From IMG/VR virus record IMGVR_UViG_2706795248_000001, positions 3,618 through 67,617 of that record: a stretch of DNA of 64,000 nt, one strand, 5' to 3'. A program made the position numbers and the translations under genes. The DNA is from a virus. Its lineage: Duplodnaviria; Caudoviricetes. Numbering within the stretch: position 1 is the stretch's first letter; the number at the start of each line of letters is the position of its first letter. Of the stretch, positions 1 to 9,815 are shown in pieces. Under the pieces are notes generated by a model. That model was not told the origin of the DNA, searched no databases, and saw only the letters and a list, made by a program, of their open reading frames with translations.

Positions 1-1716
1 GACCAGGCGCTCTACCCGATCAACTTCGCCGCGGAGCCCGAGACGATCGTGGCGCGCAACGGCGACGGCACCTTCGACGTCGGCGCCCCCGTCGGACCGA
101 ATAACCCGATGACGAAGAGCTACGGGGACAATCGGTATGCGCCGACCGTCGACGCCCGGGTCCCAGCAGCCAACCTGCCGCAGGCATTCCGGACCACCGA
201 CAGCCAGCCCTTCTCCGCGGACTCGCACTGGAACACGCCGATCGGGACCGGAGCGACCTTCGAGTCGTCGAGCGCCGCGGCGACCGCGAACCTGCTCACC
301 GCGACCCCGGCGATCAACGACGGAAAGGCCTACGGCTTTACCAACAACATCGCGCGGCCGACGGACCCCCTCTGCACGGCCGTGTGGAAGGACAGCGGTG
401 GCGTGGTCCGGGGAACGTTCCTGTTCAAGTGCCCCTACGACCCGATCATCTCCTCGGGGACCGACCTTTCGATGCGCGTGATCGACGGCCGCTGGGCCTA
501 CGACCTGTGGAAGACCACGCGCACCGGAGTGTTCAAGTTCGAGGCTGAGTTCATCACCAAGACCGATCTTCTCGGCACCGGCCGGAACGCCGGAACCCGG
601 GCTGCGCGCTGGCCGACCGCAGGCGGGTTGATCCGTGCTCACGAGATGACCTACATCCCGCACGCGATCGCGATGTCGATCCCTCCGGCCTGCCTGAAGC
701 GGGGCTTTGTGTGGCCTGCCGCGGCCGAAGACGCTGCCGGAGTGATCTACTCCGGAGAGGTGCCGATGGGCTCGTTCTTCGCGATCCCGCCGAGCGTGAA
801 TCTCGACTCCCTGGGGCTCTCGATCGAGGGGTATGCGCTGGCCGAGGCGATGCAGAACTACGGGGTCTACATCGGGGATGCGTCAGGGTCGGCGGCAATC
901 TCGGTTGACGGTGAGGCCTACACCTCGGCTCGCCCGGCCCTGGAGCGGATGCGAACCGACTGGACGACGAAGATCTTCGCGCAGTTGCGTCGGGTCACCA
1001 ACGTCGCCGACCCCCAGCCGGGAGGACCCGGACCGCGGAAGGTGCCCCCGACCGGCCCCGTCACGGTCCGTGGGGATTCGCAGGACTTCCTCGTCGACAA
1101 CCTCTCGATGAAGCTCCAGGCGCTCCTGGGCTACACGATCACGTCGGACGATTTCACCGTCCCAGCGGAGACCATGGTCCCGACCACCGCATCGCAGGGA
1201 GGGAAGCCGGTCAACTGGACGGGATACCCGCTCCAGTACCGAATCGTGGACGGGGCGATCAAGCGCATCGCGGCCCCTGACGGTCAGACGCGGCTGCTGA
1301 TGCTCGCCGTCGGCAAGCGCGACGTGCGGGTCAAGTTCCGGGTGAAGGCCTTGCACGCCTCCGGGTTCTGTTACGTGGCGCTGGCCGTGGCGGGGTCGGG
1401 CGAGAATTACCGGCTGGCCATCACCTCGCAGGGGAGCTGCCACCTCCAGCGACTCGCTCCCGGCGAGGCCGCGGTGGCGATTACCCCGGGGACTCCGAAC
1501 GGGACCATCGGCGCGAACAAGGACGTCGAGGTCTCTCTGCGTGGGAATCGCCTGGAGTACAAGGTCGATGGCGAGGTCATGGGGGAGGTCTACGACACGG
1601 CCGAGATCGCCGGGACCAACGTCGGAATCTGGTTCCCGAGCGACACGAATATCGGCTGGACCAACCTCGTCGTGCAGACCATCCCGCGGCTGACTCGCAA
1701 GATCAGCGCGGGGTAG
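1..1716 (+). CDS. Large probable virion-associated or carbohydrate-binding protein (C-terminal ConA/LamG-like beta-sandwich); 5' truncated
   Basis: Frame open from base 1 (DQALYPINF...); ORF track starts at GTG 49; beta-rich C-terminus (VRVKFRV...NYRLAI...VEVSLRGNRLEYKVDG...VGIW). Confidence 0.55.
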   Translation, partial: DQALYPINFAAEPETIVARNGDGTFDVGAPVGPNNPMTKSYGDNRYAPTVDARVPAANLPQAFRTTDSQPFSADSHWNTPIGTGATFESSSAAATANLLTATPAINDGKAYGFTNNIARPTDPLCTAVWKDSGGVVRGTFLFKCPYDPIISSGTDLSMRVIDGRWAYDLWKTTRTGVFKFEAEFITKTDLLGTGRNAGTRAARWPTAGGLIRAHEMTYIPHAIAMSIPPACLKRGFVWPAAAEDAAGVIYSGEVPMGSFFAIPPSVNLDSLGLSIEGYALAEAMQNYGVYIGDASGSAAISVDGEAYTSARPALERMRTDWTTKIFAQLRRVTNVADPQPGGPGPRKVPPTGPVTVRGDSQDFLVDNLSMKLQALLGYTITSDDFTVPAETMVPTTASQGGKPVNWTGYPLQYRIVDGAIKRIAAPDGQTRLLMLAVGKRDVRVKFRVKALHASGFCYVALAVAGSGENYRLAITSQGSCHLQRLAPGEAAVAITPGTPNGTIGANKDVEVSLRGNRLEYKVDGEVMGEVYDTAEIAGTNVGIWFPSDTNIGWTNLVVQTIPRLTRKISAG

Positions 1717-1721
1717 CAGGA

Positions 1722-1727
1722 TACAAT
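1722..1727 (+). promoter_or_regulatory. -10 element TACAAT, 6 nt before ATG 1734 (probable leaderless promoter)
   Basis: TANNNT hexamer, cccggc, ATG; no SD. Confidence 0.55.
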
Positions 1728-1733
1728 CCCGGC

Positions 1734-1913
1734 ATGGCACGGAGACGGCGCGGCGGGTCGCTGAACACCCGGAAGAAGGGCAAGGCGAAGAACGGCGCGA
1801 AGTGGGGGCACGGCTTCGTGCCGAAGAACGCCGCCGCTCGGAAGCTGAAGAAGAAGCTAGACCGAAATGGGAAGCGCCGCAAGCGGACTTCGCAGGGGTA
1901 CCCGAAGCGATGA
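1734..1913 (+). CDS. 59-aa very basic microprotein (MARRRRGGSLNTRKKGKAKNGAKWGHGFVPKNAAARKLKKKLDRNGKRRKRTSQGYPKR)
   Basis: Translated by hand (below ORF-track cutoff); ATGA overlap with next gene; -10 directly upstream. Confidence 0.75.
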   Translation: MARRRRGGSLNTRKKGKAKNGAKWGHGFVPKNAAARKLKKKLDRNGKRRKRTSQGYPKR

Positions 1914-2377
1914 CGCCGCGGTCCTCGCGGCCCGACGGTCTCCTCCAGTGGTTCACCGTTCACTCCCCGCACAAGGATTTCGGCGACGGCTATGTGAACC
2001 CGCAGCACTGGTTTCGGGTCAACGTCTACGAGACCACGGCGCACCTGAGGGTCTATCGGGCGAAGCGGGTCCGCAACGTCGAGGTCGAGAAGGACATCGG
2101 CGCTGGGGTCATCTGGACCCGGGACGAGCTGCCCGCCAACGGGTTCCTCGGCACGCTGGTAGTCTCCGCTGACTGGCTCAACGCACGAGTCCTCATCCAC
2201 GAGAGCGTCCACCTCGCGGTGCGCGTGCTGAAGGGGTACAACCGGTCGCAGCGACCGACGCTGAGCAACGGTGTCGTCGGCGTGGCGAACGAGGAGATGC
2301 TCGCCTACCTCACCGACGGAATCGCGGCGTCGCTGATCTCGGAACTGGAGCCGTTCTTCTGTGGAGGCCCGGAATGA
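1910..2377 (+). CDS. HEXXH-motif putative zincin metalloprotease
   Basis: VLIHESVHLA plus downstream EEMLAYL glutamate; ATGA-coupled start inside ORF 1802..2377. Confidence 0.6.
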   Translation: MTPRSSRPDGLLQWFTVHSPHKDFGDGYVNPQHWFRVNVYETTAHLRVYRAKRVRNVEVEKDIGAGVIWTRDELPANGFLGTLVVSADWLNARVLIHESVHLAVRVLKGYNRSQRPTLSNGVVGVANEEMLAYLTDGIAASLISELEPFFCGGPE

Positions 2378-2805
2378 CCGGCCGCGCGCCGAAGCTCTGC
2401 TCCTGGCGCGACCCGGAGAACCCCGGCCGGAAGTGCTCGCGGCGCGCCGAGGAGGCGCCGAACGGAGATGACTTCCGGTGTCAGGAACACTGGCGGAAGT
2501 CCTTCGGCACCAAGGTCCCCCGCCGTGTCCGGCCGCTCACCGAGGACGAAAAGAACTACATCCGCGAGCGGGACTTCCATGTCTGCCGCGAGTGCGGCGA
2601 ACCTGCGCACCAGGTCGATCACATCGTCGAGGTGGCCGACGGCGGGGGCAATGAGCCGTCGAACCTCCAGCTCCTCTGCGATCGCCACCACGCGGCGAAG
2701 ACCCGTGCGAGCCAGGAAGCATGGGACCCTGGTATCAGGCGAGGGACATCGGCGCGCGCGCAGGCGAAGCGCAGGACGCGAGCGCGAGGGCTCTACGCAC
2801 AGTAG
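2374..2805 (+). CDS. HNH endonuclease next to terminase large subunit
   Basis: CxxC...HQVDHIVEVADGGGNEPSNLQLLCDRHH. Confidence 0.9.
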   Translation: MTGRAPKLCSWRDPENPGRKCSRRAEEAPNGDDFRCQEHWRKSFGTKVPRRVRPLTEDEKNYIRERDFHVCRECGEPAHQVDHIVEVADGGGNEPSNLQLLCDRHHAAKTRASQEAWDPGIRRGTSARAQAKRRTRARGLYAQ

Positions 2806-2825
2806 GAGATGACTGGGGAGGTCAC

Positions 2826-4553
2826 ATGAGGGTCGAGTACCCGGCGGTCGAGGATGACGACGTCACGTACCCGACGCTCGGGCCGCAGGTCGCTGCGTTC
2901 ATCGAGAGCCGGTTTACCTATGGACCGGGATCGCTTCAGGGACAACCGGCCCGACTCACTGACGACCAGCGACGGGTGCTCTACCGAGCGTACGAGCACT
3001 TCCCGAAGGGCTACCGGCTCTACGGGATGGACATGTCCGGCCGACGCCGGTTCACCCGCGTCTCGTGGTCGGTGCGCAAGGGCTCGGCCAAGACCGAGTT
3101 CATGGCCTGGGTCACCGCGTGCGAGCTGCACCCCGAGTCGCCGGTCCGGTTCAACGGCTACATCGGAGACATCACCGACGAGCAGCGGGACCAGTGGGAC
3201 GACGAAGAGTTCGAGCGCTACCAGAAGTTCGGGCTCGCTCCCGGCCGAGCGGTGAACAACCCCTACATCCCGCTGCTGGCCTACACCAAGGACCAGACCG
3301 AGGAGCTGGCCTTCGGCGCCCTGCGTTCGATCCTGGAGACCACCGAGGACGCCGACCGTCTCTTCGACATCGGCAAGCAGCGAATCATCCGGAAGAACGA
3401 GTACGGCGCCGAGGACGGCAAGTGCCATGCGCTGGCGGGCAACCCGAACTCGGCCGACGGCGCGCGCACCACCTTCCAGGGCCTCGACGAGACCCACCGT
3501 CTCTACACCGAGACCCACCGCAACGCCATCGAGACGATGCTCCAGAACCTCCCGAAGCGGCCGATGGAGGACCCCTGGCAGCTCGCGATCACCACCGCGG
3601 GCGAGCCCGGCCAGGGCTCCTACGCCGAGGACGAATACCGCGAGGGTGTGGCGTGCGCGGAGGGCAAGAAGAAGTCCGAGGGGTTCTACTTCCTGCACCG
3701 ACAGGCGCCGGACGGCTCGAAATTCGACACCATGCAGCAGCGCATGGAGGCCATCTGGTGGGCCACCTCGCCGTCGGTGCGCGAGTGGACCCGCTTCGAT
3801 TCGATTGCAGCGAACTGGGATCGCGAGGGAGCCGACCGGCAGTACCTCGAACGGGTGTGGACCAACCGCTGGACGCAGACCGCATCGCAGGCCTTCGACC
3901 GCGACGAGTTCGAGGCGCTCGGCGACCCGCGGCTCACGATCCCGGACGGCGCGTTTGTCACGGTTGGCTTCGACGGGGCAAAGTTCCAGGACTCAACGGG
4001 TTTCGTGATCACCGACATCCTGACCGGCCGACAGAACGTGGTCGGATTCTGGGAGCGCCCGGACGACAGCGAGATCGAGCGCGACGCCGACGGCAAGAAG
4101 ATCAAATGGCAGGTCCCCGAGATCGAGGTCAACCAGACCTTCGAGGACATCATGACCCGGTTCAAGGTATGGCGGTTCTACGGTGATCCGCCGCACTGGG
4201 TCGAGTCGATGGGCAACTGGCACGCGAAGTACCCCGACCAGGTCTACGAGTTCTGGACCAAGGACCCGACCCGAATGTACTACGCGGTCAAGGGGTATCG
4301 CAGCGCGATCTCCAGCGGGGCCGTGTCGCACAACGGGGACCCGGATCTGGTCCGGCACATCGGCAACGCAGGCAAGCGCACCACCCGCGGCGAGGACGAG
4401 GACGGCCAGCCGCGCTTCGTCCTGACGAAGATCGCCTACGAGCGCAAGTTCGACCTCGCGATGGCGGCGATCCTATCCTGGGAGGCGCGGATGGACGCGA
4501 TCAACGAAGGGGCGACGGCGCCGGTCGAGACCGCTATCATCCGGGTTCGATGA
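2826..4553 (+). CDS. terL: Terminase large subunit
   Basis: Walker A-like VRKGSAKTE, Walker B GLDETH, AITTAG motif, RNaseH-like VGFDGA...D...KFDLAMA; start MRVEY after GGGGAGG. Confidence 0.95.
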   Translation: MRVEYPAVEDDDVTYPTLGPQVAAFIESRFTYGPGSLQGQPARLTDDQRRVLYRAYEHFPKGYRLYGMDMSGRRRFTRVSWSVRKGSAKTEFMAWVTACELHPESPVRFNGYIGDITDEQRDQWDDEEFERYQKFGLAPGRAVNNPYIPLLAYTKDQTEELAFGALRSILETTEDADRLFDIGKQRIIRKNEYGAEDGKCHALAGNPNSADGARTTFQGLDETHRLYTETHRNAIETMLQNLPKRPMEDPWQLAITTAGEPGQGSYAEDEYREGVACAEGKKKSEGFYFLHRQAPDGSKFDTMQQRMEAIWWATSPSVREWTRFDSIAANWDREGADRQYLERVWTNRWTQTASQAFDRDEFEALGDPRLTIPDGAFVTVGFDGAKFQDSTGFVITDILTGRQNVVGFWERPDDSEIERDADGKKIKWQVPEIEVNQTFEDIMTRFKVWRFYGDPPHWVESMGNWHAKYPDQVYEFWTKDPTRMYYAVKGYRSAISSGAVSHNGDPDLVRHIGNAGKRTTRGEDEDGQPRFVLTKIAYERKFDLAMAAILSWEARMDAINEGATAPVETAIIRVR

Positions 4554-4560
4554 ATCGACC

Positions 4561-4569
4561 TGTTACAGT
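4561..4569 (+). promoter_or_regulatory. Possible extended -10 (TG-t-TACAGT) upstream of portal
   Basis: TGnTANNNT in the terL-portal gap. Confidence 0.3.
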
Positions 4570-4593
4570 TGGCGAAACCAGCGAGGAGTCGGC

Positions 4594-6183
4594 GTGAAGG
4601 TGAAGTACAACCAATTGGTACGCGCGAACGTACCAATTGAGGGGGACCGCCCGCAGCCGGACTGGTTCCTCGTCTCCATGCTGAAGGAGATCCTGGCCAA
4701 GCGGCGCCGGTTCGAGACGCTGAAGCGCTACGTCGAGGGCGATCCGCCCAAGCCCGAGACCCCCAACAACACCTCCCAGGATTCCTGGAAGGAGTTCGAG
4801 ACCTTCCGCAAGAAGTCGCGCACCAACTACGCCGGTCAGATCATCGGGGCGTGCGTCGACCGCACCACCGTGCAGGGCTTCCGGACGTCGCAGGACCACG
4901 ACACCGACGGTGACAAGGTCGCCCGGAAGCTCTGGGACGACAACGACATGGACGTCAAGGGCGACAAGGCGATGGCCGACGCCTACACCTACGGCGTCGG
5001 GATGCTGCTGGCCGACCCGCTGACGAAGAAGGCCAAGTACTTCCTCCCCTGGCAGGCCACCGTCGTCAAGGACTCGGTCGACGACCCGCGTGCTGCACTG
5101 TGCATCGAGCACAACCCGACCGAGGGCCGGGACTACGCCTACCTGTTCCTGCGTGACATCGACGACTTCGGCGTCGGCACGGGCAATGTCACGATCCACA
5201 TCGCGGTGCGCGACCGGGACAACCGCAACGCGGTGCGCAACGGGCTCTTTGAGAAGGAAGTGCCGGTCAATACCTACCTCACCCAGCGATGGACGTGGTG
5301 GAAGACCGTCGACCAGGCAGACTTCCCGGTCCTCGACATCATCCCGTTGGTGCCGTTCGACAACCGCGACGAGCGGGGAGAGTTCGAGAACGACACTGAC
5401 CTCCTGGACCGGATCAACCACATGATCCTCCAGCGCGTGGTCATCGCGACGATGCAGGCGTTCAAGCAGCGCGGCATCAAGGGCACCTTCCCGAAGTTCG
5501 ACGACAAGGGCAACCTGATCGACTACAACGGGATGTTCCCGGCCGATCCGAATGCGCTGTGGCTGTTGCCGCCGGACGCCGAGATCTGGGAATCGGGACA
5601 GACGTCCATCCAGGACATCCTCTCCGCGGTCAAGGACGACGTCCGCGACCTCGCGTCGGTCACCCGGACCCCGATGAACTACTTCTCCTCGGACGCAGCG
5701 AACCAGTCGGCAACCGGCTCCGAGCTGGCGAACGACTCCTACCTGCTGAAGATCCGGGATCGCAAGGCGCGGATGCGCGGTCGCTGGGTCCGGTTCATGC
5801 ACCTCATGTTCCGGATCAACGGCGACGAAGAGCGCGCCGACATGGACAAGCTCGCCGTCATCTGGATGCCCAGCGACAACGTCTCGATCACCGACCGGTA
5901 CTCCGCGGCGTCGCAGGCGAAGAGCCTCGGCCTGTCGCTGCGCACCATCATGCGCGAGGTGCTCAACTACGACCCGGAGACCATCGAGGTCGCCGAGCTG
6001 GAGATGATCTCCGAGACGCTGAAGAACGCGATCCGGACGGTCGATCCGGGGCAGACGACTGGAGCGAATCCGGCTGCGCAGACCCCGCTTCAGCAGCGCG
6101 CGGCGAGCGCGGCGGCGCTGCAATCGAGCAACGGCGCCACCAGTAGGTCGACCGGCGCGACCGCGGGCCGGAGTGGGCAGTGA
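4594..6183 (+). CDS. Portal protein (SPP1 gp6-like)
   Basis: Position after terL, 529 aa, motifs RKKSRTNYAGQII, DRINHMILQRVVIATMQAFKQRGIKG. Confidence 0.92.
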   Translation: MKVKYNQLVRANVPIEGDRPQPDWFLVSMLKEILAKRRRFETLKRYVEGDPPKPETPNNTSQDSWKEFETFRKKSRTNYAGQIIGACVDRTTVQGFRTSQDHDTDGDKVARKLWDDNDMDVKGDKAMADAYTYGVGMLLADPLTKKAKYFLPWQATVVKDSVDDPRAALCIEHNPTEGRDYAYLFLRDIDDFGVGTGNVTIHIAVRDRDNRNAVRNGLFEKEVPVNTYLTQRWTWWKTVDQADFPVLDIIPLVPFDNRDERGEFENDTDLLDRINHMILQRVVIATMQAFKQRGIKGTFPKFDDKGNLIDYNGMFPADPNALWLLPPDAEIWESGQTSIQDILSAVKDDVRDLASVTRTPMNYFSSDAANQSATGSELANDSYLLKIRDRKARMRGRWVRFMHLMFRINGDEERADMDKLAVIWMPSDNVSITDRYSAASQAKSLGLSLRTIMREVLNYDPETIEVAELEMISETLKNAIRTVDPGQTTGANPAAQTPLQQRAASAAALQSSNGATSRSTGATAGRSGQ

Positions 6184-7568
6184 CCACTCCCGGCTCGCTC
6201 ATGCCGCGGCCGAGCCTGCTCGACGTGCCCGCGGTGCCGCCGGAGCAGATGACGGCCGAGGAACGGGAGGCCTGGGTCGTCGCGCAGGTCGGCGCGATCA
6301 CTCTCGCTGCCGCGTCGGCACGCGAGCAGATCACCAATAACGTTGTGCTGCAACTCGTTCCACTACTCCGGTTGATCAATCCCTACAACGAGGAGGCGGT
6401 GACGCGCTTCGCAGTCGAGGCTGCCGAACTCGTCGCCGTGGGGATCGGCGAGGTCGGACAGGTGGCGTGGTCGGCGGTGTCGTCCCGGCTCAGCGTGCAG
6501 GGGTACTCGCTCAACCGGCGCTACCAGCCGCCGACCGACGGCCGCACGACGGCGCTGGAGGTGGCCTACAAGCGAGTGGCAGCCGACTACCGGCGCCGAG
6601 TGGCAGCCGGGCCGGAGTCGATCGCCGGGACGATCGCTCAGGCCGAGGAGGAGCGGTTCCAGGCGATCGGTGGAGCGGTCGTCGCCGAAGGTCGCAAGGG
6701 GGAGAGCAATGCCGAAGTCGCGGGGACGAAGCGATCACCGACGAAGAGTGGAGGCTCGGGCTCGTCGAGCGGAGGCGGAAGCGGAGCGGACCGGTCTGGA
6801 TCCGCGAAAGACGTCGGTGGTGCATCGAAAGGCGGCTCAGCGGGCACGGGTGGCAGCTCGACGAAGTCAGCCGCCGAAGGGGCTCAGCGAAAGCCGCCCC
6901 CTGATCGACAGGTCAATCGGACCGCTGAAGATGCCGACGAACCAACTCCGACAGGAGTCGACGCTGGTCCAGCCAGCGCCGCAGATGTCGCCGAGGAAGA
7001 CGCCGCTCGTCTCGAAGCAGAGCTTCGTCGTGAGGCAGCCCTGAGCGATGGCGAGAAGCGCAAGCTCCTCGAACAGGTTGCCCAACAAGAGATGGAGATC
7101 CGTCTCGAACGGATGGTCAACGACGACATCGCGATGGCGAACCGGTCGGCGTTCCGGAACGCGATCAATGCGGCACCAGCGGGAGTGATCACCGGCTACC
7201 GGCGGGTGCTCCACCCCGAGCTGTCGAAGACCGGCCAGTCGTGCGGGCTGTGCGTCGCCGCGTCGACGCGGATCTACAAGAAGAAGGATCTCCTGCCGCT
7301 GCACAACCTGTGCAACTGCGAGCCCCAGGAGATCGTCGACGGCCGCGACGTCGGCCAGCAGATCAACGATGAAGACCTCGACATCCTTTATGGTGAGGCG
7401 GGATACAGCACTCACCGCACGGACCTGTCGAACACGAAGTGGAAGATCTTCGACCACCCCGAGCTCGGGCCGGTTCTCCGGTCGGTGCCTCGGAACAAGA
7501 AGAGCAAGCCCGCGCAGATACAGTTCGGCTCGCGGGAGTCAGCAAACGACCGGGGAGGTCAATCATGA
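6180..7568 (+). CDS. Head morphogenesis protein (MuF-like / 'capsid maturation protease' family) with Gly/Ser-rich insert
   Basis: After portal; GYRRVLHPELSKTGQSCGLCVAASTRIYKKKDLLPLHNLCNCEP motif. Confidence 0.8.
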   Translation: MTTPGSLMPRPSLLDVPAVPPEQMTAEEREAWVVAQVGAITLAAASAREQITNNVVLQLVPLLRLINPYNEEAVTRFAVEAAELVAVGIGEVGQVAWSAVSSRLSVQGYSLNRRYQPPTDGRTTALEVAYKRVAADYRRRVAAGPESIAGTIAQAEEERFQAIGGAVVAEGRKGESNAEVAGTKRSPTKSGGSGSSSGGGSGADRSGSAKDVGGASKGGSAGTGGSSTKSAAEGAQRKPPPDRQVNRTAEDADEPTPTGVDAGPASAADVAEEDAARLEAELRREAALSDGEKRKLLEQVAQQEMEIRLERMVNDDIAMANRSAFRNAINAAPAGVITGYRRVLHPELSKTGQSCGLCVAASTRIYKKKDLLPLHNLCNCEPQEIVDGRDVGQQINDEDLDILYGEAGYSTHRTDLSNTKWKIFDHPELGPVLRSVPRNKKSKPAQIQFGSRESANDRGGQS

Positions 7569-8260
7569 TGAAGCACATCACCCGAACTCGCGCGATCGCC
7601 GCGGCGATGCCCCTCGACGGTGGGCTGCCGTTCACCGGCCGTCCCGCGCGCGCCGGGCGCGCGATTCCGCGCCGCGACGACAACGGGGGTCACCCCAACG
7701 GCGGCAAGACGGACGCCGACAAGGACGACGACACCGACGCCGACAAGGACGAGGACAAGGACGACGACGAGCCGAAGCCCGTCGACGTCAAGGGATCTCC
7801 CGAGTACAAGGAAGCCGAGAAGCAGCGCAAGGCCGAGAAGGCGCGCGCCGACAAAGCCGAGCGCGAACTCGAAGAGGCGCGCCGCAAGGGGATGTCCGAC
7901 GACGAGCGTCAGCGTGCCGAGGCCGTTGACGCGGCTGTCGCGACCGCGGTGTCCGAGAAGGAGACCGAGCTGACTGATCACTACGAGGGTCAGATCGCCG
8001 CGCTCCAGACCCAGATCATCGACTCGACGATCGAGAGCGTATTCGCCACCGGTGGACTGGATCGCAAGGATTACGAGGACGTGATCGCGACTTTGGACAA
8101 GACCCTGTTCGTCAAGGACGATGGGTCTGTCGACCGGGAGAAGGTCAAGAAGACCCTGGCACCGCTCACCAAGGCGGCGGTCTCGCGGCCCCCTCGGACG
8201 AGTAGCGCCCGGCGGACCGAGAACAAGGGCTTCGGCCGCTATCTCGAATCGAAGGACTGA
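7565..8260 (+). CDS. Capsid scaffolding protein
   Basis: Acidic N-terminus, coiled coil, position before capsid genes; start MMKH inside ORF 7439. Confidence 0.8.
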   Translation: MMKHITRTRAIAAAMPLDGGLPFTGRPARAGRAIPRRDDNGGHPNGGKTDADKDDDTDADKDEDKDDDEPKPVDVKGSPEYKEAEKQRKAEKARADKAERELEEARRKGMSDDERQRAEAVDAAVATAVSEKETELTDHYEGQIAALQTQIIDSTIESVFATGGLDRKDYEDVIATLDKTLFVKDDGSVDREKVKKTLAPLTKAAVSRPPRTSSARRTENKGFGRYLESKD

Positions 8261-8277
8261 GAGAAGGAGAAGGCTCC

Positions 8278-8703
8278 ATGGCCGGTTTGACCCCCACTCG
8301 GACGAACAACCAGAACGTCCGCGACCACACCTGGCTCGCCTCGCGCGAAGGTGTGGAGAACGCCCGAAGCATCACCCTCCACTACGCCAGCCTCAACGCC
8401 GCTGGCACGCACAAGCTGGAGAACTGGGTCCGCGGCGGCACCCCGCTCGGCGAGATCACCACCGCCGGAGCGACCAAGGGCCAGCTCGGACTGTACGATC
8501 CGACGGCCACCGACGGCCGACAGAAGCACGCGGGCTTCCTGCTCGACTCGGTCCAGCTCTCGGACCCGGTCACCGGACAGGCGAACACGCCGATCACCGG
8601 CGCCCTGCACCAGCGGGGCCAGGTGTTGGTCAACCGTCTCCCGGTCGCGTTCGACGCGAGCGACGCGGACGTGTCGCCGTACTTCATCTACCGGACGCAG
8701 TAA
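8278..8703 (+). CDS. Head decoration / minor capsid protein
   Basis: 141 aa between scaffold and MCP; GLYDPTATDGRQKHAGFL motif; strong SD GAAGGA. Confidence 0.75.
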   Translation: MAGLTPTRTNNQNVRDHTWLASREGVENARSITLHYASLNAAGTHKLENWVRGGTPLGEITTAGATKGQLGLYDPTATDGRQKHAGFLLDSVQLSDPVTGQANTPITGALHQRGQVLVNRLPVAFDASDADVSPYFIYRTQ

Positions 8704-8742
8704 GACCGGTCGGACAGAGACCAGGAAGACAGGAGAGGGTAA

Positions 8743-9813
8743 ATGCCCATCAATCGCGATTTCGTTGATCCGGCCGAGCTGACCTCGCAGGTGCGAGTTG
8801 CTCTGGCGGACTACGACATCAACGGCCCGAACACGCTCGCGCCGTACCTGCCGTCGGAGACCCTTGACGACATCGAGTACGAGGCCGACACCGGCCAGGG
8901 CGGGCTCATCGAGGCCGCGATGTACCGCGCGTTCGACGCCGAGCTGCCGCTGGCGAACGACGAGGCCGCGGGCCAGATGCGCGGACGCATCCACCCGCTG
9001 GGCCAGAAGATCCCTCTCTTCGAGGAGGATCGGATTCGCCTGCGCAACGGTGCCGAGGACGGCCTGCGCGCCTACATCGACCGCGTGTCGAAGCGGATCG
9101 CCAAGGCCGTTGCGCTCCAGATCAACCTGAAGCGCGCCGAGGCTCTGACCACCGGCAAGCTCCAGTTCGTCGGCAACGGCCAGAACTTCCCGGTCGACTT
9201 CGGCCGTCGCCCCGACTTCACGTTCACCGCGGCGACCCTGTTCTCCGATCCCGACGTCGATCCGTTCGGCGTCCTGGAGGACTGGAACGAGGCCTACTTC
9301 GACGAGAACGGCTTCGAGATCGGCAAGTTGCTGGCGCCCAAGGAGGTCATCAACGCCTTCTACCGGCACCCGCTGGTGACCGCGCTGGCCTTCGGTCGCC
9401 GCGTCACCGACGTCCCGGACGGCGCCGTGGCGCCTCCGTCGGCGATCGACGCGCTGTTCGGCGAGCGGGACCTGCCCGGCTTCACCAAGATCGGTGGCCG
9501 GATCAAGGTGCGCGACATCAACAACCAGACCATCATCAAGGATCTGGTGCCGCGCGACGGGATCATCGCCCTCGACGGCGAAGGCGATGCCGCGGTGGCG
9601 GGGTCGAGCGAGCTCGGCTCCACCATGTGGGGCAAGACCATCGAGGCCGACAAGCCCGAGTGGGGCCTGTCCGCCGAGGGTGACGGCCCCGGCATCGTCG
9701 CCGCTGTCCACGACAACGACGACGTTCCGGCTCGCATGTGGGTCTCGGCCCACGCGATCGCGATGCCGGTCCTGGTCAACCCGAACTACTCCTCGTTCAT
9801 GAAGGTGCTCTGA
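8743..9813 (+). CDS. Major capsid protein (lambda gpE-like family)
   Basis: 356 aa; RAEALTTGKL...VDFGR...; C-terminal AIAMPVLVNP; strong SD. Confidence 0.9.
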   Translation: MPINRDFVDPAELTSQVRVALADYDINGPNTLAPYLPSETLDDIEYEADTGQGGLIEAAMYRAFDAELPLANDEAAGQMRGRIHPLGQKIPLFEEDRIRLRNGAEDGLRAYIDRVSKRIAKAVALQINLKRAEALTTGKLQFVGNGQNFPVDFGRRPDFTFTAATLFSDPDVDPFGVLEDWNEAYFDENGFEIGKLLAPKEVINAFYRHPLVTALAFGRRVTDVPDGAVAPPSAIDALFGERDLPGFTKIGGRIKVRDINNQTIIKDLVPRDGIIALDGEGDAAVAGSSELGSTMWGKTIEADKPEWGLSAEGDGPGIVAAVHDNDDVPARMWVSAHAIAMPVLVNPNYSSFMKVL

Positions 9814-9815
9814 TC

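Noticed and set aside
4537-6123. Long antisense ORFs (also 8239-9753, 14068-15477, 15204-17153, 20359-22140, 30828-32783, 37115-38635, 39108-41063, 58090-60369)
   Set aside because: Shadow frames of high-GC genes; no motifs, and they lie opposite well-supported CDSs
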